Assembly (NCBI GenBank): GCA_964016885.1
Contig: OZ024755.1
Coordinates: forward strand, 24,738,001 to 24,802,000
DNA: 64,000 nt
Direction: 5' to 3'
DNA from: Eledone cirrhosa
Taxonomy: Eukaryota
Shown here: positions 24,501-38,687 of the stretch, piece after piece
Layout: every line of letters starts with the position of its first letter
Position numbering within the stretch: position 1 is the first letter of the stretch
The notes under the pieces: model-generated
What the model was told of the DNA's origin: nothing
Databases searched by the model: none
What the model saw: only the letters and a program-made list of their open reading frames with translations
Translations under genes and position numbers: made by a program

Positions 24501-27500
24501 AGTTGAATGAGTTTTGACATCACTGGTGCCAAACTGTAACAGCCTTTTCCTTGGACAACATCATATACAGTGTATTTATAGGGTGTATATAGTATGTTTA
24601 TAGTGTATATGTGAGTAGTGACGTCACTGATGCCAAACTGTATCAGCCTTTCCTTTGCACAACATCATATAAAGTGTGTATATATAGCATGTATATAGTG
24701 TATATATGAGTTGTGACATCACTAGTGCTAAGCTGTATCAGCCTTTCCCTTAGACATCATTATATATAGTGTATATATGAGATGTGACATCACTGATACT
24801 AAGCTGTAACAGCTTTTCTTTTGGACAACATCATATACAGTGTGTATATATATATAGTGAGTATATGAGCTGTAATGTCACTAGTGTGTATATAGGAGTA
24901 TAAGTGTGTATATAGGAGTTGTGATGATGATGTTGCCATTGATCTTCACTTAGCCAATGGCAAAGAGAGGAGTCTCTGTTATACAGAGGTATATGCTGGT
25001 TTTCTATAAAACATTTTACCAAGACTTTCTCCTTGGTGGAACTTTCATCATCATCATTTTACGTCTGCTTTTCCCTGATTGCAAGGGTGGGACGGGAACT
25101 GATTCTGGCTTGATTTCTACAGCTGGATGCCCTTCCTAAGACCAACCTCATTTACAGTGAGTGCTGGGTGCTTTTTTGCCGTGGCACCTCCACGACCACT
25201 TTGCAGTAGAATGATATGGACCCCAGTCCCTATCATCTCATTTCTTCAGCTGAGTAAACTGGAGCAATGTGAAATAAAGTGTCTTGCTCAAGGAAACAAC
25301 ACATCACCCGGTCTGAGAATTGAACTCACAACCTTTCGATTGCAAGGCCAATGCTCTAACCACTAAGGTACAAACCCATGGTCAGTGTTGACCAAAAGAT
25401 GGTGTAGTTCATTTGTCTATCTTATGTTCATATATTTATTTTTGTTTGTTTAGGTTGACTTTTTTCACCATCTTCTTTCTCTTTCATTTAGATTGATTTT
25501 GATGAAATAACAGTAGAAAATGCCATTGGCAAGTCATTTGATGTTATGATTCGCCATCAACTCAATCCTATTTGGAATCAACTGAGTAGCAAAGCTAAAC
25601 AGATTGTCACTGATCTCAAAACCTTAAGGATGATTTGTCAGTAAGTCTACCAATATTATCTGTGTATTACCTGGGTATTTAGCACCCTACAATGTATTAC
25701 CTGGGTATTTAGCACCCTACAATGTATTACCTGGGTATTTATCACCCTATAATGTATTACCAGGGTATTTAGTACCCTATAATGTATTATCTGGATATTT
25801 AACACCCTAGATTAGTCCTATAATTTGTATCTGAGTATTTAGCAGCACCCGAGATTAGCCTTGCAATATATTACCTGGGTATTTAGCACCCTAGATTAAC
25901 CCTACAATATGTGTCTGGGTATTTAGCACCCTAGGTTAGCCCTACAATATGTGTCTAGGTATTTCGCACCCTAGTTTAGCCCTACAATATGTGCCTGGGT
26001 ATTTAGTACTTAAGGTTAGCCCAACAATATATGCTTGGGTACTTATTGCTCTATGCTAGCTCTACAATGTATTACCTGGATATCCCTACAATGTGTGCTT
26101 AGGTATTTAGCACTCTATGCTAGCCAACAATATACGTACAATTCTTCCAAATAAAATAATTTCGACATAACAATTTAGAAAACTGAGAAACTTAGTTTCT
26201 TCAGAAACATTTAGAAAATATACATAAAAATAGAAATATATTATTTTTATATGTTGCTTATTGTTACATTTCTTTTCCAGGGATTTGACCCGATATGACT
26301 GTGTCACATTTTATAGTGTCGTCAATTCTATTTGGTGAGCAAAACCTCTCTCAATCTCCCTGTCTCTTTCTCTCATATACAGGGTGTCCCCCAAAAATGT
26401 ATGTACACTTCAACAGCAAAAATAATGCATCAAAATAAATTGTTTTATATGCATTATTTAAATTGGCAGTGGATTGGCAGTATCAGTAGTACGTCAGACA
26501 CCATGCTTTGCAGTATAGAGTTATGGCCCTTTATGTTCTGAGTTCAAATTCCGCCGTGGTTAACTTCCATCCTTAAGGGCATGATAAAATAAACCACCAG
26601 TAATGCACTGGGGTGTGTGTGGGTGGGTGGGGGTATTGCTAGCCTTGTGCCACTTTACACAGTGAATTGGGTGTATTTTATCATGACTCTAGCACTACCA
26701 CTTTACAGAGTGTACTGGGTGTATTTTATCATAGAATCAGCATCTGTGTTAGTGAGTTTAACTCTGAGCAAAACCTGATGACAAGCAGACGGGAATCTGT
26801 AGTCTTGATACAGACAACTTCTCTTGTATTAGTGTCACAATAAAATAGCATTAGACAATACTGTAAAATGGTTGGTAATATGTCTTGTAAGAATACACCA
26901 TGGGTCTGTATTTTATGTGGTCAATAGACTCCCTAGCCACAGCTTGTTATTAAAAAGAGTCACGTATGTTGATGACCTTTATATAAAAATATCTTGTTAC
27001 GTTGATGTTTAGGAGAATTCACGTCGTATTCTCTGGAAGCTGAAGTAACTCGGGGAAAGAATGCTAGGATTAGGGGTTAGAATTCTGGAAGTTGAGATAA
27101 CACAGAGTAAGAATGATAACTTAGGGGTTACAGTTTTGTCCCTTACATCAGCTGTGGAACAATAGGTTAAGAGTTTTTATTGTATAAAATATAGGCTTGC
27201 TATATTTTTTTTAGTCTGTGTGTATGCATATGTATGTGGTGTGTGAGTCCATGCACTGTATGTGGTGTATGTGTACAGCGCTTGATATCAGTGATTGCTT
27301 TGCTTTGAATTCTTCATACTTTAGTTTAATAATTATATTCTAAGATTGGTAGCTATTTATAATGCTGGTGAACTGGTAATAGAACATCACATTAAATGCC
27401 TCAGTATTTGTTTTGACTCTTTGCTTTCTGGGTTCAAATCTCAGATTAACCAACTTTGCTTTTTGGGGTCAATAAATAAAGTATACAACAACAAACAACA

Positions 27501-30500
27501 AAAAGTATTTTTAGGCCATTTTCTCTGCTAAAGGAAGGTTTAATCTTGTGGGCCCAGTTTCATACTCATCATGGGGCCCTTTTTGAGTCAATATTTTATG
27601 GCTAGATGTCTTTCTTGCCACTAACCCTTTCAACCACCTCTTACAGCACACAGGGATACAGTGTACCTATTGTAAACTGGATACACATATAAATCTCTTA
27701 ACTAAATATGTGAATAGAGACTTTTAGTATGGTGGTTGTATCTACATTTTCTTTACAAAACAAAACAAATGCAAACCCTTCCCCTAAAGTTGTAATATTA
27801 ACAAAAATAATAGGACCTATCTTCTTTAAAAAATAAACCCCTGAAACCAATATATATTTCAGTACGAGTGAGAAAACGTTTGGGGGAAATTTTGGTTGGC
27901 TTTTTCTGGACTCTGCTGATAGTTTGGTTGTGGTGAGTTATTTTTCCATTTTTTTTTTAATATTCAGTAGTTTGACTGTGGCATGCTGGGGCACCGCCTT
28001 GAATTGGTCAATCATATTTTTCCAAGTCTGGCACTTATTTTATCAATCTCTTTATTTTTTTTTTGTTGAACTGTTAATTTATAGGATATAATAAGAGATA
28101 CAGACACATACATGCATACACTCACATACACACACACATATATATGTAAAATGTAAGAGATTCCATCTTTCTAAAATGCAAGGGGTTCCCTCTCTTTATA
28201 AAAAATGTAAGCGATTCCCTCTTCATTCTAAAAGGCAAGGGATTCTCCCTCTTTATAAAATGTAAGGGATTCCCCCACTTTATAAAATGAAAGGGATTCC
28301 CTCCTCATTCTAAAATGTAAGAGATTTCCCTCTTTCTAGAAATGTAAGGGATATTTATTATAGTTTTGGTGCTGTTGATTTACAGAACTCCAAAATGAGG
28401 GTTTACAGTACAAAGAAAAGATCTAAGAAAGAAGATTCTAAACTAAAAGGTGTTGCAGCTGAGAATAAGGACAATGGTAAGGTTTGAAGAACTGTTCTTC
28501 ACATTGTAATTTCATCACCATCTTCATCATCAGCATTATCATTAATATCATCATCATCATCATCATTGACATCATCACCCTTATTGTTGGAAGCTAGCTA
28601 AACCTACATAGGTTTGAGCTATAAATTTCATTTAATTTTCAATTTTTTTTCTTTTTACTAAAGTCTCTTCTATTTCACCCTCTAGAAAATGTCCCAGACT
28701 TGGAAATTCCCCCCAAATGGTCAGGTTTGTCTGAGATCCTTGCTGAGATCCAGAGTGAAAATGCTGAGCTGGACTCTGACTATGGTACTGGAAGGATCTT
28801 AATTGTAGCTGAAGATGACCGGACATGTAACCAACTTAAAGAAGTTAGTAAAATTACTTCAATTCTTGACCTACCCCTGTCTCTCAATTTTCCTTTCCTT
28901 TTCTCTATTTTTTTTTTATCAGGGAGCTGGCAGAGTAGATATCACCATCACTACATCCCCACTCCATTCATACCCCTCTCCACTATCACACCATAGTATC
29001 TGTTATCATCATCACTACCCACCTCTACTACCACACCATAGTATCTGTTATCACCATCACTACCCCCTCTACTATCACACCATAGTAACTATTATCACCA
29101 TCACTACACCCCACCCTATCACTACCCTCTCTTCTATCACACCATAGTAACTACTATCACCATCACTCCCCCCTTTTACAATTACACCTTAGTAACTATT
29201 ATCACCATCACTGCACTCCCACCCCTCTACTATAACACAATAGTAGCTATTATCACCATTAGTTCATATCCCACCCCTCTACTATAACACAATAGTAACT
29301 ATTATCACCATTAGTTCATATCCCACCCCTCTACTATAACACAATAGTAACTATTATCACCATTAGTTCATATCCCACCCCTCTACTATAACACAATAGT
29401 AACTATTATCACCATCACTGTACTCCCACCCTTCTACTATAACACAATAGTAACTATTATCACCATTAGTTCATATCCCACCCCTCTACTATAACACAAT
29501 AGTAACTATTATCACCATCACTGCACTCCCACCCTTCTACTATAACACAATAGTAACTATTATCACCATTAGTTCATATCCCACAGTGTTCTTCCAAGAA
29601 TTGCAACCAACATAGATAGTATCAGCAATAGAAACATAGTTTCCTTGGTCCAATTTAATGACTCGTTTCTTTCCATTCCTCTCGTATGTCTATATAAATG
29701 TCCATTCAAATAAATAATCTGTTTTTATTTTGTTCTCTTTCAGTTTTTATCAAAAGGTGGAGAATTTACTCTAGCTTCTCTCTACAACAAATATTTGGCA
29801 TCGAAAGGCAAATACATGGAAGTTGAAGTAAGATTTCCATTTTGGTATATTTCCATGGTTTTGGTACATTTCCATAGTTTTGGTATATTTCCATAGTTTT
29901 TAGTGTTTTCTGTTACCAAGGTAAATAAATTAGTGTCTTGTAACTGGAATATGTAGGGGTTGTGTCTATCTGTTTCTGAGTGAAGGGTAGATTATGCAAT
30001 AGCTGTGTATTAGCAATTGGAAAGACCAATGGAAACATTGTTTCCTTGGTCCGATTTGATGAGCTCCACCCGACTCATTAAGCGAATGAGGTCTGAGATC
30101 TCGTTGATTGACTATCGATATATATAGCTCAAGGAGACAACAAACAGAGGTACAAAAAACCTTATTAGTTTCATGCTTTATATTGGAAAAAGGAAAGAAA
30201 GTTCAACATGTTGGGCTTAAGCCCTTCTTCGGGAGTACAAAATAGAGACAGAATCACAATAGAGAAACAGAAAAAAGGTCCAGTAAAGACACAAAAAAAA
30301 GGAAACTGAAGATGGAAAACAAGACAACTGTTAGGTAGTCTTGGTAACAAGTTGGAATGCAAAGTGGAGTGTGTGCATATTAATGTTGTTATATGTGTGA
30401 GTAAGTGTATGTTTAAATGTGAGTGATTTTTAAAGATATATTGTGTAAAGTAACAAAGATAGTGAGTGTATGCATATGTCCATGTATATATATATATATA

Positions 30501-33500
30501 TATATGTAAAATCTGTTTTGAAAGAAAAAGAAATCGAGAATGAGAAAGACAAAATCAGTCAAAGAACCAACTTCCTCAGAGTCAACAGAGATGAGGGCAG
30601 AGGAAATAGTTTCAAATCTACATGCTGTGGAGGTATTTCACTAATTATTTTGCTTAATTCATTAACTCTTAACATCTTTTACCACATCAAAACTCATTAG
30701 CTAAAAATCATCATCATCATCGTTTAATGTCCATTTTCCATGCTAGCATGGGTAGGACGGGCTGTCTCGTTGTGAGAGATCCAGGTTGAAGGACTGAGTT
30801 TCGCTCACACAGAACTGATTTTGGCTTGGTTTCTATGGCTGGATGTCCTTTCTAATGCCAACCACATTTATAGTGTGTGCTGGGTGATTTTTGTTGTGAC
30901 ACCTACACGGCCACTTTACAGTGTTGGCTGGGCACTTAACATTCTTTAAAATTAAAAACCAGCTCTATAACTGCATTACGTTGATAATTGTCTTTACTCT
31001 AATACTTCAAAATTTCACTATGCCGAAATGCCCTTGCTTTTATGATATAAAGCTATTTATGTTAAATTGTTTATATACATACATATATATATATATATAT
31101 ATATCTAAAAGCCTTCTATCATAATTTTACATAACAATCCTTATATTCCTATCACCAGTTTAATGAGAAAGTTAGCTATATTGTACTAAATTCCTCCAAA
31201 TTCTTGACTATTTTCAAAGTGATTTAATAATCACATCACATGTCATTCATAAGACATATGGTATCAATAGGGTTAACCCTTTTGATTCCACCCCCACCCT
31301 CTGATATGACCCCTGGTTTTAAGGTTCAAAACTATTTGTTTTAAAGTGTTTATAGTTATCTAAAAACATGTCATAATTTATGTAAGAACCTTTGTTAAGT
31401 TATGTACCCGACACCAGTTTAATAATGAGAAAGTTATTTTACTAAAACAATTTGAAAATCACAAGCCTGTTTTTCATTAGAAATATGGTAATGAAAGTGT
31501 CATATCTTGGTCTAAATTTGACATTTCAGAATATCAATGAAGATGAACATTTTCAGTGTTCTTCTCAGGATGCTTATTATGGAATCCTTTCTCAACCATC
31601 TGTTATAATCCACCCTATCCATGGTGGCGCTGATTCTATGGGATTGCAGCGCACTCTCTGGGAGATAAACCCACATTACGTCATCCTGTATGATTCCTGT
31701 ATGAAGTTTGTAAGGGAGCTGGAGGTAAGTTCCTTTTCACTCTTTTGATACCAAACCACAACTGGTCATAATTCTTGATACCGAACCACCTGATACCACA
31801 TCTGGTCATAACTCTTTTGATACCAAACCAACTAAAACCACATCTGGTCATAACTCTTTTGATACCGAATCACCTAAAACCACATCTGGTCATAACCCAT
31901 TTGATACCAAACAACATCTGGTCATAAGTCTTTTGATACCAAACCAACTAAAACTACATCTGGTTCTTTGATACAAAATTTTCATCATCATCATTTACAT
32001 TCATTTTCTGTGCTAGTATTGGTTGGACTCATTCATCATTGCTTTTACATCCACTTTTCCATGTTAGCATGGGTTGGACGGGATGTTTTGAAACAATGTT
32101 GTACAACTAGATGCAGTTCTTGTAGACACAGAAACTCCTGTAGACACAGCTTATGATATGCAGGGATACAGTACCAAAAACTGGAATACATGCATTCTTC
32201 CATCAAGATTTTATGTAAGAACCTTTGCTAAGTTATGTTCCAAATACCAACTTAATAATGGTTCTGATTTTGTGGGGAGGGGAAAGTCAATTAAATTGAC
32301 CCCAGTGCATCACTGGTGCTTTATTTTATTGACCACATAAGGATGAAAGGCAAAACTAACATTGATGGGATTTGAACTCAGAACATAAAGAGCCGTAACT
32401 CTATGCCACAAAGCATGTTGTTTGATGCTCTACTGATTACTGCCAATCCACCACCCTTATGCCAATTTAATAATGAGAAAGTTAGATTATTAAATCCCTC
32501 AGAGTTCTTGATTATTTTCAAAATTATCTGAAAATCATTGTTTTTTTACTAGAAATGCAACAAATGTTTAAAGCCCACCATTTCCCCTGCTAAAGTAGAG
32601 GTTAGTCATGGGTTCTTTTTGTGGTAAGGATCAGCCATAAAAGTTGACAACAGTATGATACGTAAAGACCTCCTTTGGTCACGAATGACCATGGGATTTG
32701 CATGTAGAAAGTTCCCTTCTGAGGCACAAGCCTGGGCAAGGTGTGTTTATTGGAGACCAGCAGTTGTCCATGTATATTAGTCTTCCATCTCCATGCCACC
32801 AATGTTGTCCAAGAGAAAGGCAAAAGCTAATACAGCTTGGCACCAGTGACATTACAGCTCATTTCTACAACTAAGTAAACTGGAGCAACGTGAAATAAAG
32901 GGTCTTTCTCAAGAACACAATATGTCACCCTGTCCGAGAATCAAACACACAACCTTCCAATTGCAAGCCCAATGCTCTAACCACTAAGCTATGTGTTTGA
33001 ACAGTATTAGATAAAGCAATTAAGGACATGGTTTTTATCAAGATTTTCTTTTATCTTATTTTTTTCACCCTCTCTTTCTCTCTCGATTGCCAGGTTTATC
33101 ATGCTACAAGGTCTCATGTCCCTTTAAGAGTCTACTTCTTAATATACAGCAATTCTATTGAAGAACAACAATACCTAACTACACTTCGGAAAGAAAAAGA
33201 ATCTTTTGAGTGCCTTATCAAAGAAAAAGCAGTAAGTATATTTTTACTTGTTTACTATTACTAGGAATTTTTCAACATGCTGATATGTATATATGTGTGT
33301 GTGTGTGTGTGCATATGCATTCATTTATATCTATGAGTATATAAATATAAACGTGCAAACACAGACACACTTACAAAAATACACACTCACAGACATACAT
33401 TCACAAAAACACATCCACACATACATTTACAGAAACACACACATACATTCACAGAAACACAAACACATACACACATACACAGCATAACAAATGGAACGCC

Positions 33501-36500
33501 GGCCGTTATATTGCTATAGTTTTTTCACCAACCTCTTCCTTCTTTTTACACACACATACATTCATGTAGGCAGCAGATGTAAAGAGAGGGGAGTAGTATG
33601 AGGTAGTCAAACTACTTTTCTCTCTTTATGTGTTGTGACAGAATCGCAGAAATTTATATATAGATTGTCAGACGTGTTTCAGCATTTAGTTACGTCCCTT
33701 TACGTTATGGGTTCAACTCTTGCCAAGGTTAGCTTTGACTTTCATCCTTACGGGATTGATGAAATAAAGTACCAGTAATGCACTGGGGTTGATTCAATTG
33801 ACTTTCCTCACCCCCATATTTGTTGGCCTTGTGCCTAAATCAGAAACCATTATTTTCATTGTTAATATTTCAGCTGGCCTAGGGCTAAACAGCCACCCCA
33901 CTCACTCAATTACCCATCCACCTCACATGTCCCCATAAGAGCTAACCTGAGGCTGAGAAGCCACCCCTCACGAATCCCTACTCCCTCACATGTCCCTATA
34001 AGAGCTAACCTGATGCCAAACAGCTACCCCATCACATATCCCTATAAGAGCTAACCTGATGCCAAACAGCTACCCCATCACATATCCCTATAAGGGCTAA
34101 TCTGATGCCAAACAGCTACCCCATCACATATCCATATAAGGGCAGACTTGATGCCAAACAGCTACCCCATCCATGCCATGTTTCTATATTCTCAATGCCG
34201 TGTCACTACACCTCTTTCCATTAACAGCTAATGGTAATCCCAGAAGAAAGAGATGGAAAACTGGAGGATGACCCCAACTTACACGGTGTTTCTGCCAGTC
34301 AAGCCCCTACTTCCTCTCGCAAAGGAGGAATGGAAGTGAAGACACAAGATCACAAGGTTTACTTTTTTTTAAGCCCACATTAATGCTCTTGATACCATTT
34401 CACATGAAACCACCTTCGTTTTATGATATACAACTGCTCATTTAAAAAGTTCTTATTTATATAAAAACCTTCCATCATAATTTTAATTAAGAAATTTTTG
34501 TTAAGTAATGTTTCAAACACCAGCTTACTAATGAAAGGGTTAAAGTCAGACAGTGTCTTTCATTATAAATATGGTAATGAAAGGGTTAAAAACATAAGCA
34601 GTGTCTTTCATTAACAATATGGTAATGAAAGGGATAAAGACATAGGCAGTGTCTTTCAGTAGAAATATGGAAATGAAAGGGATAAAGACATAGTCAGTAT
34701 CTTTTATTAGAAATGTGGTAATGTATGGTATAAAGACACAGATAGTGTCCTCCACTATACATGCTAGCAGAAAAACCACCTTTCAGGTGGTTTTGTGCTA
34801 GCATGTGTAGTGTGTATATTGATATTATATGCAAATATATATGCATGTAGATATGATACATCAAATAAAATTGAAATTGACAATATACACAGGTAATCCA
34901 TGATACATTAAAAAAAGATGATATTTTATATAAACTGCATTAGGAGAAAATTAGTGACGGAAATATATGAATGTTTATTTAGGCGATCGCTAACCGGAAG
35001 TGTTGACATTTGAAAATTTTAAAGAAGTGAATCTTTAAATAAACAATAAAATATATTTAATCAACAGCTACGAAATTTAGTAGATAAATTATGTAATATT
35101 CATTCATTATTTATTCAAAGTAATTCAACTTATTTTACTAACTGGATTAAAAGAAATAAACCATACGCAGTCTCCCACTCCTTACTTTATTATAGTTTAG
35201 ATGGATTAATAAAATTATTATTATGGCTCTTTACATTAGTTTTGTGCTATAGAATGGAGATAATATAGAGTAGAGAGGACTGTTCAGCCTTGTTGACTAC
35301 ATGGTAACCTCCTGTGCCAGTGTCACAATAAAATGCTCCCAGTTGGTGATACGTTGAAGCCAAGTTTGCCTTTTATAATCATGGACTTGAGGAAATAAAT
35401 ACCAAACATCTATCGAAATTAATTTAATCAACTGTTCCTTCAACCACCTTTACGGTATTGTGAATATATCAGAAAGAATTCTCATTATCATTATTAATAT
35501 GAAATGGATAATTAGTAGTATCATTAGAGCAGTGATTGGTGTTAAGGTCATCCAGCTGTAGAAACCCATGTCAGTGTTGCTGTGGTTGAGGTTAAGAAGG
35601 GCCTCCAGATTTAGAAACCATTTCAAATTTGAAATGGACAAGCATAGCATGGTTGCCCCAACTATTCAGAGGAGCAGTAACTATGAATAAAAACTGACTT
35701 AGACCATGATCACTTGTCCGACCCATGCCAGCTTGGAAAGTGGATGTAAAATGGCGATAGTTGTGATGGTGGTCTGGTTATGGTGACTCTGGTACTGCTA
35801 GTAGTGATAGTGATGGTGATCAGATGGTGGTAGTGGTGATAGTGATATTAGTTTGGAAATGGTGGCAATGGTAGTGATAGTGGTCTGATGGTGATGACGC
35901 TGGTAGTGGTGATAGTGATGGCGGTAGTGGTAGTAATGATGGCAGTGGTGTTATTGCAAAGATAGTAGTAGTGGTAGTAGTGGTGATATGACAAGGATAG
36001 TAGTGGTAGTAGAGAGTATCAGTAGCATGTTGATGGTGGTTTCTTCTTTCTCATCTTCTAACAAATCACATTAACCCTTTAGCATTTAAACCGGCCATAT
36101 CCGGCCAGAATTCTCTCACCTCTTTCTGTTCAACATGGCTGTAACTGGCCACACATGCTGATGTTAAGGTGTTGCTCTCAAAATAAATAACATCAAAATC
36201 GTATAGATTCGATATTATGTGAGATTAAGCCTTTTCTGTGAAAATACAATAGCATATATAGAGTAATGTAAATGCTAAAGGTTTAAAGTTGTCCTTTTTT
36301 ACGTAAATTCATATTCACACCTTTTTTTTCTTATTTTTTTCAGATCATTGTCGATATGAGAGAATTCCGCAGTGAGTTACCATCTCTGTTACATCGACGA
36401 GGCATACAGATAGAACCAATTACTTTAGAAGTAAGTATAAGAAAGCATTCTCATAGAACCTATTATTTTACAGGTATGTATAATGAGGCATACGTGACAG

Positions 36501-38622
36501 CACATATTGTTTCACGTTAGAAGACAGAATGGTTGTTTTTATCATCATCATCATCATTTAACATCCATTTTCCATGCTAGCATGGGTTTGACAAGTTGTC
36601 CCATTGTGAGACAAACCAGGTCGGTAGATTCTACTGACAATGACTTACAAAATGTGTGCTCATTGTGTTCACTTCATTTCAGCATTAGACAGGACAAGTG
36701 CTCTACTATAATTTCAGACATACTTTTTTCCAACCACTATAAAGTCTACTCCTGCTTTAGTCTTAAAAAGGAGTGTTGTTGTTATTGTTGTTGTCTAATG
36801 ATAAATTTGTCATTTCTAGGTTGGAGATTACATCTTAACCCCTGACATCTGTGTTGAACGGAAAAGTATTAGTGATTTGATTGGTTCCCTCAGTAATGGT
36901 CGTCTCTACAACCAGTGTGTTTCCATGAGCAGACATTATAAACGACCTGTGCTTCTTATAGAGTTTGATGCCAATAAATATTTCTCATTGGTGAGTATGT
37001 TTTCTTATCTTGGAGACATGTCAAATAGAGAGGGTGAATCTGACACCATGTCACTAGCTACAGGGAGATGTGCATAGAAGACCTTCCAGGAACTGTGTGG
37101 TGTACTAATAAGGAGGGGGGGTATTACTGAAACTGAGGGGAAAGGTATACGTATGTTAAATGTGTGAGAAGTGTCATGATTTATGGGAGCGAGACATGGG
37201 TGATGAATATAGAGCAACAGAAAAGACTGGAAAGAATGAAAATGAGAATGGCCAAGTGGATGTGTAGAGTATTGCTGAAAGAGAGGAAGGCAAGCAATGA
37301 ACTGTAGAGGATGATAGGGATAGAACCAATGATGAAGAAAAATGGAATGGAAATGGTTGGGTCATGTGTTTAGGAAAGGTGAAAGTGACTGAGTGAGAGA
37401 AGTGATGGAAATGAATGTAGAAGGAAATAGAAGACCAAGCAAGACTTAGCTAAATATGATGATGGAAGAATTGGTGTGGTTTGATGCAAATGATAGGACA
37501 AAATGAGAAGCTTGTCATAGGTCCAACAAAACTAACCCCTGATTTAGCAGGGAATATGAAGTTAAAACACTTGTTGTTCATGACTACTGTCCCATCTGTT
37601 ATTTCACACTATGGAATCTTTTCACTTACTAAAAATAATAGCTTAATTTCCCTCAAATCACACTACCATTTTAAGCCTTTAATTGGGCAGCAAATGCAGA
37701 GGATATGCAAAATCTGCAGAGAAATGAATTGAGCATGCTACAATGGATGTGTAACTTTAATGTGCATGTCCCGTAAAGCATGGATGAGCTGAGAGAGAAA
37801 CTGAGTATAAGGGAAATCAGATCTAGGCTGCACAGGTGTGGCCATGTGATGTGTATGAATAATGATCATTGGGTGGAGATAAGCCAGTAGTTACAAATGG
37901 AAGAAATCTGTAGTAGAGGAAGACCAATGGAAACCTGGATAAATTGGTGAGAGTGAAGCTCAAAATGCTGAACCTCACTGAGATGGCAAAGAAATGTAAC
38001 GATTAGAAGGAAGCTATGCTGGAAAAGACCCATCCAAGCATGGAAAACACATGAAAAATATGATGGTAATGATATATTATTAAACATACTGCTTAGTAGT
38101 ATAACTTGCTCATAATTTAACGAAGGTTCTTACATAAAATTATATTAGAAGGATATTAAATTAAACTGTTTTCTATAATTGACTTAGGTGCAGTTTGGTT
38201 CCAGAAGGGTTAAAAAGATTGATGATTTGTTTCATGATGGCACTTCATGAGCTTTTAGTTTAACTCATACTTGTTACACATGTCCTTAAGCAAGGCATTC
38301 AATTGAATTTATCTGTGATCCAAGGAGTTAATGTTTGCCATGAAAACACTAAAAAAATGCCCTACGCATATTTTTCTTCCATTTCAGAATAAGTACCAGT
38401 TAGAAAATGATGTCTCAATTCGTGACAATATCTCCAGAATTTCACTCCTTACAATCCATTTCCCAAACCTGCGAATACTTTGGTGTCAGAACCCTTATGC
38501 AACAGCAGAATTGTTTCAAGAATTAAAGGTATAGTATCCTCATTTTCGCTTGTAACAATGCTGTCTGTCTGTGTGTTGTTTCATGAATTAAACATACAAT
38601 GTCCTCATTTTCATTCTTGAAG

Positions 38623-38687
<65 letters not shown>

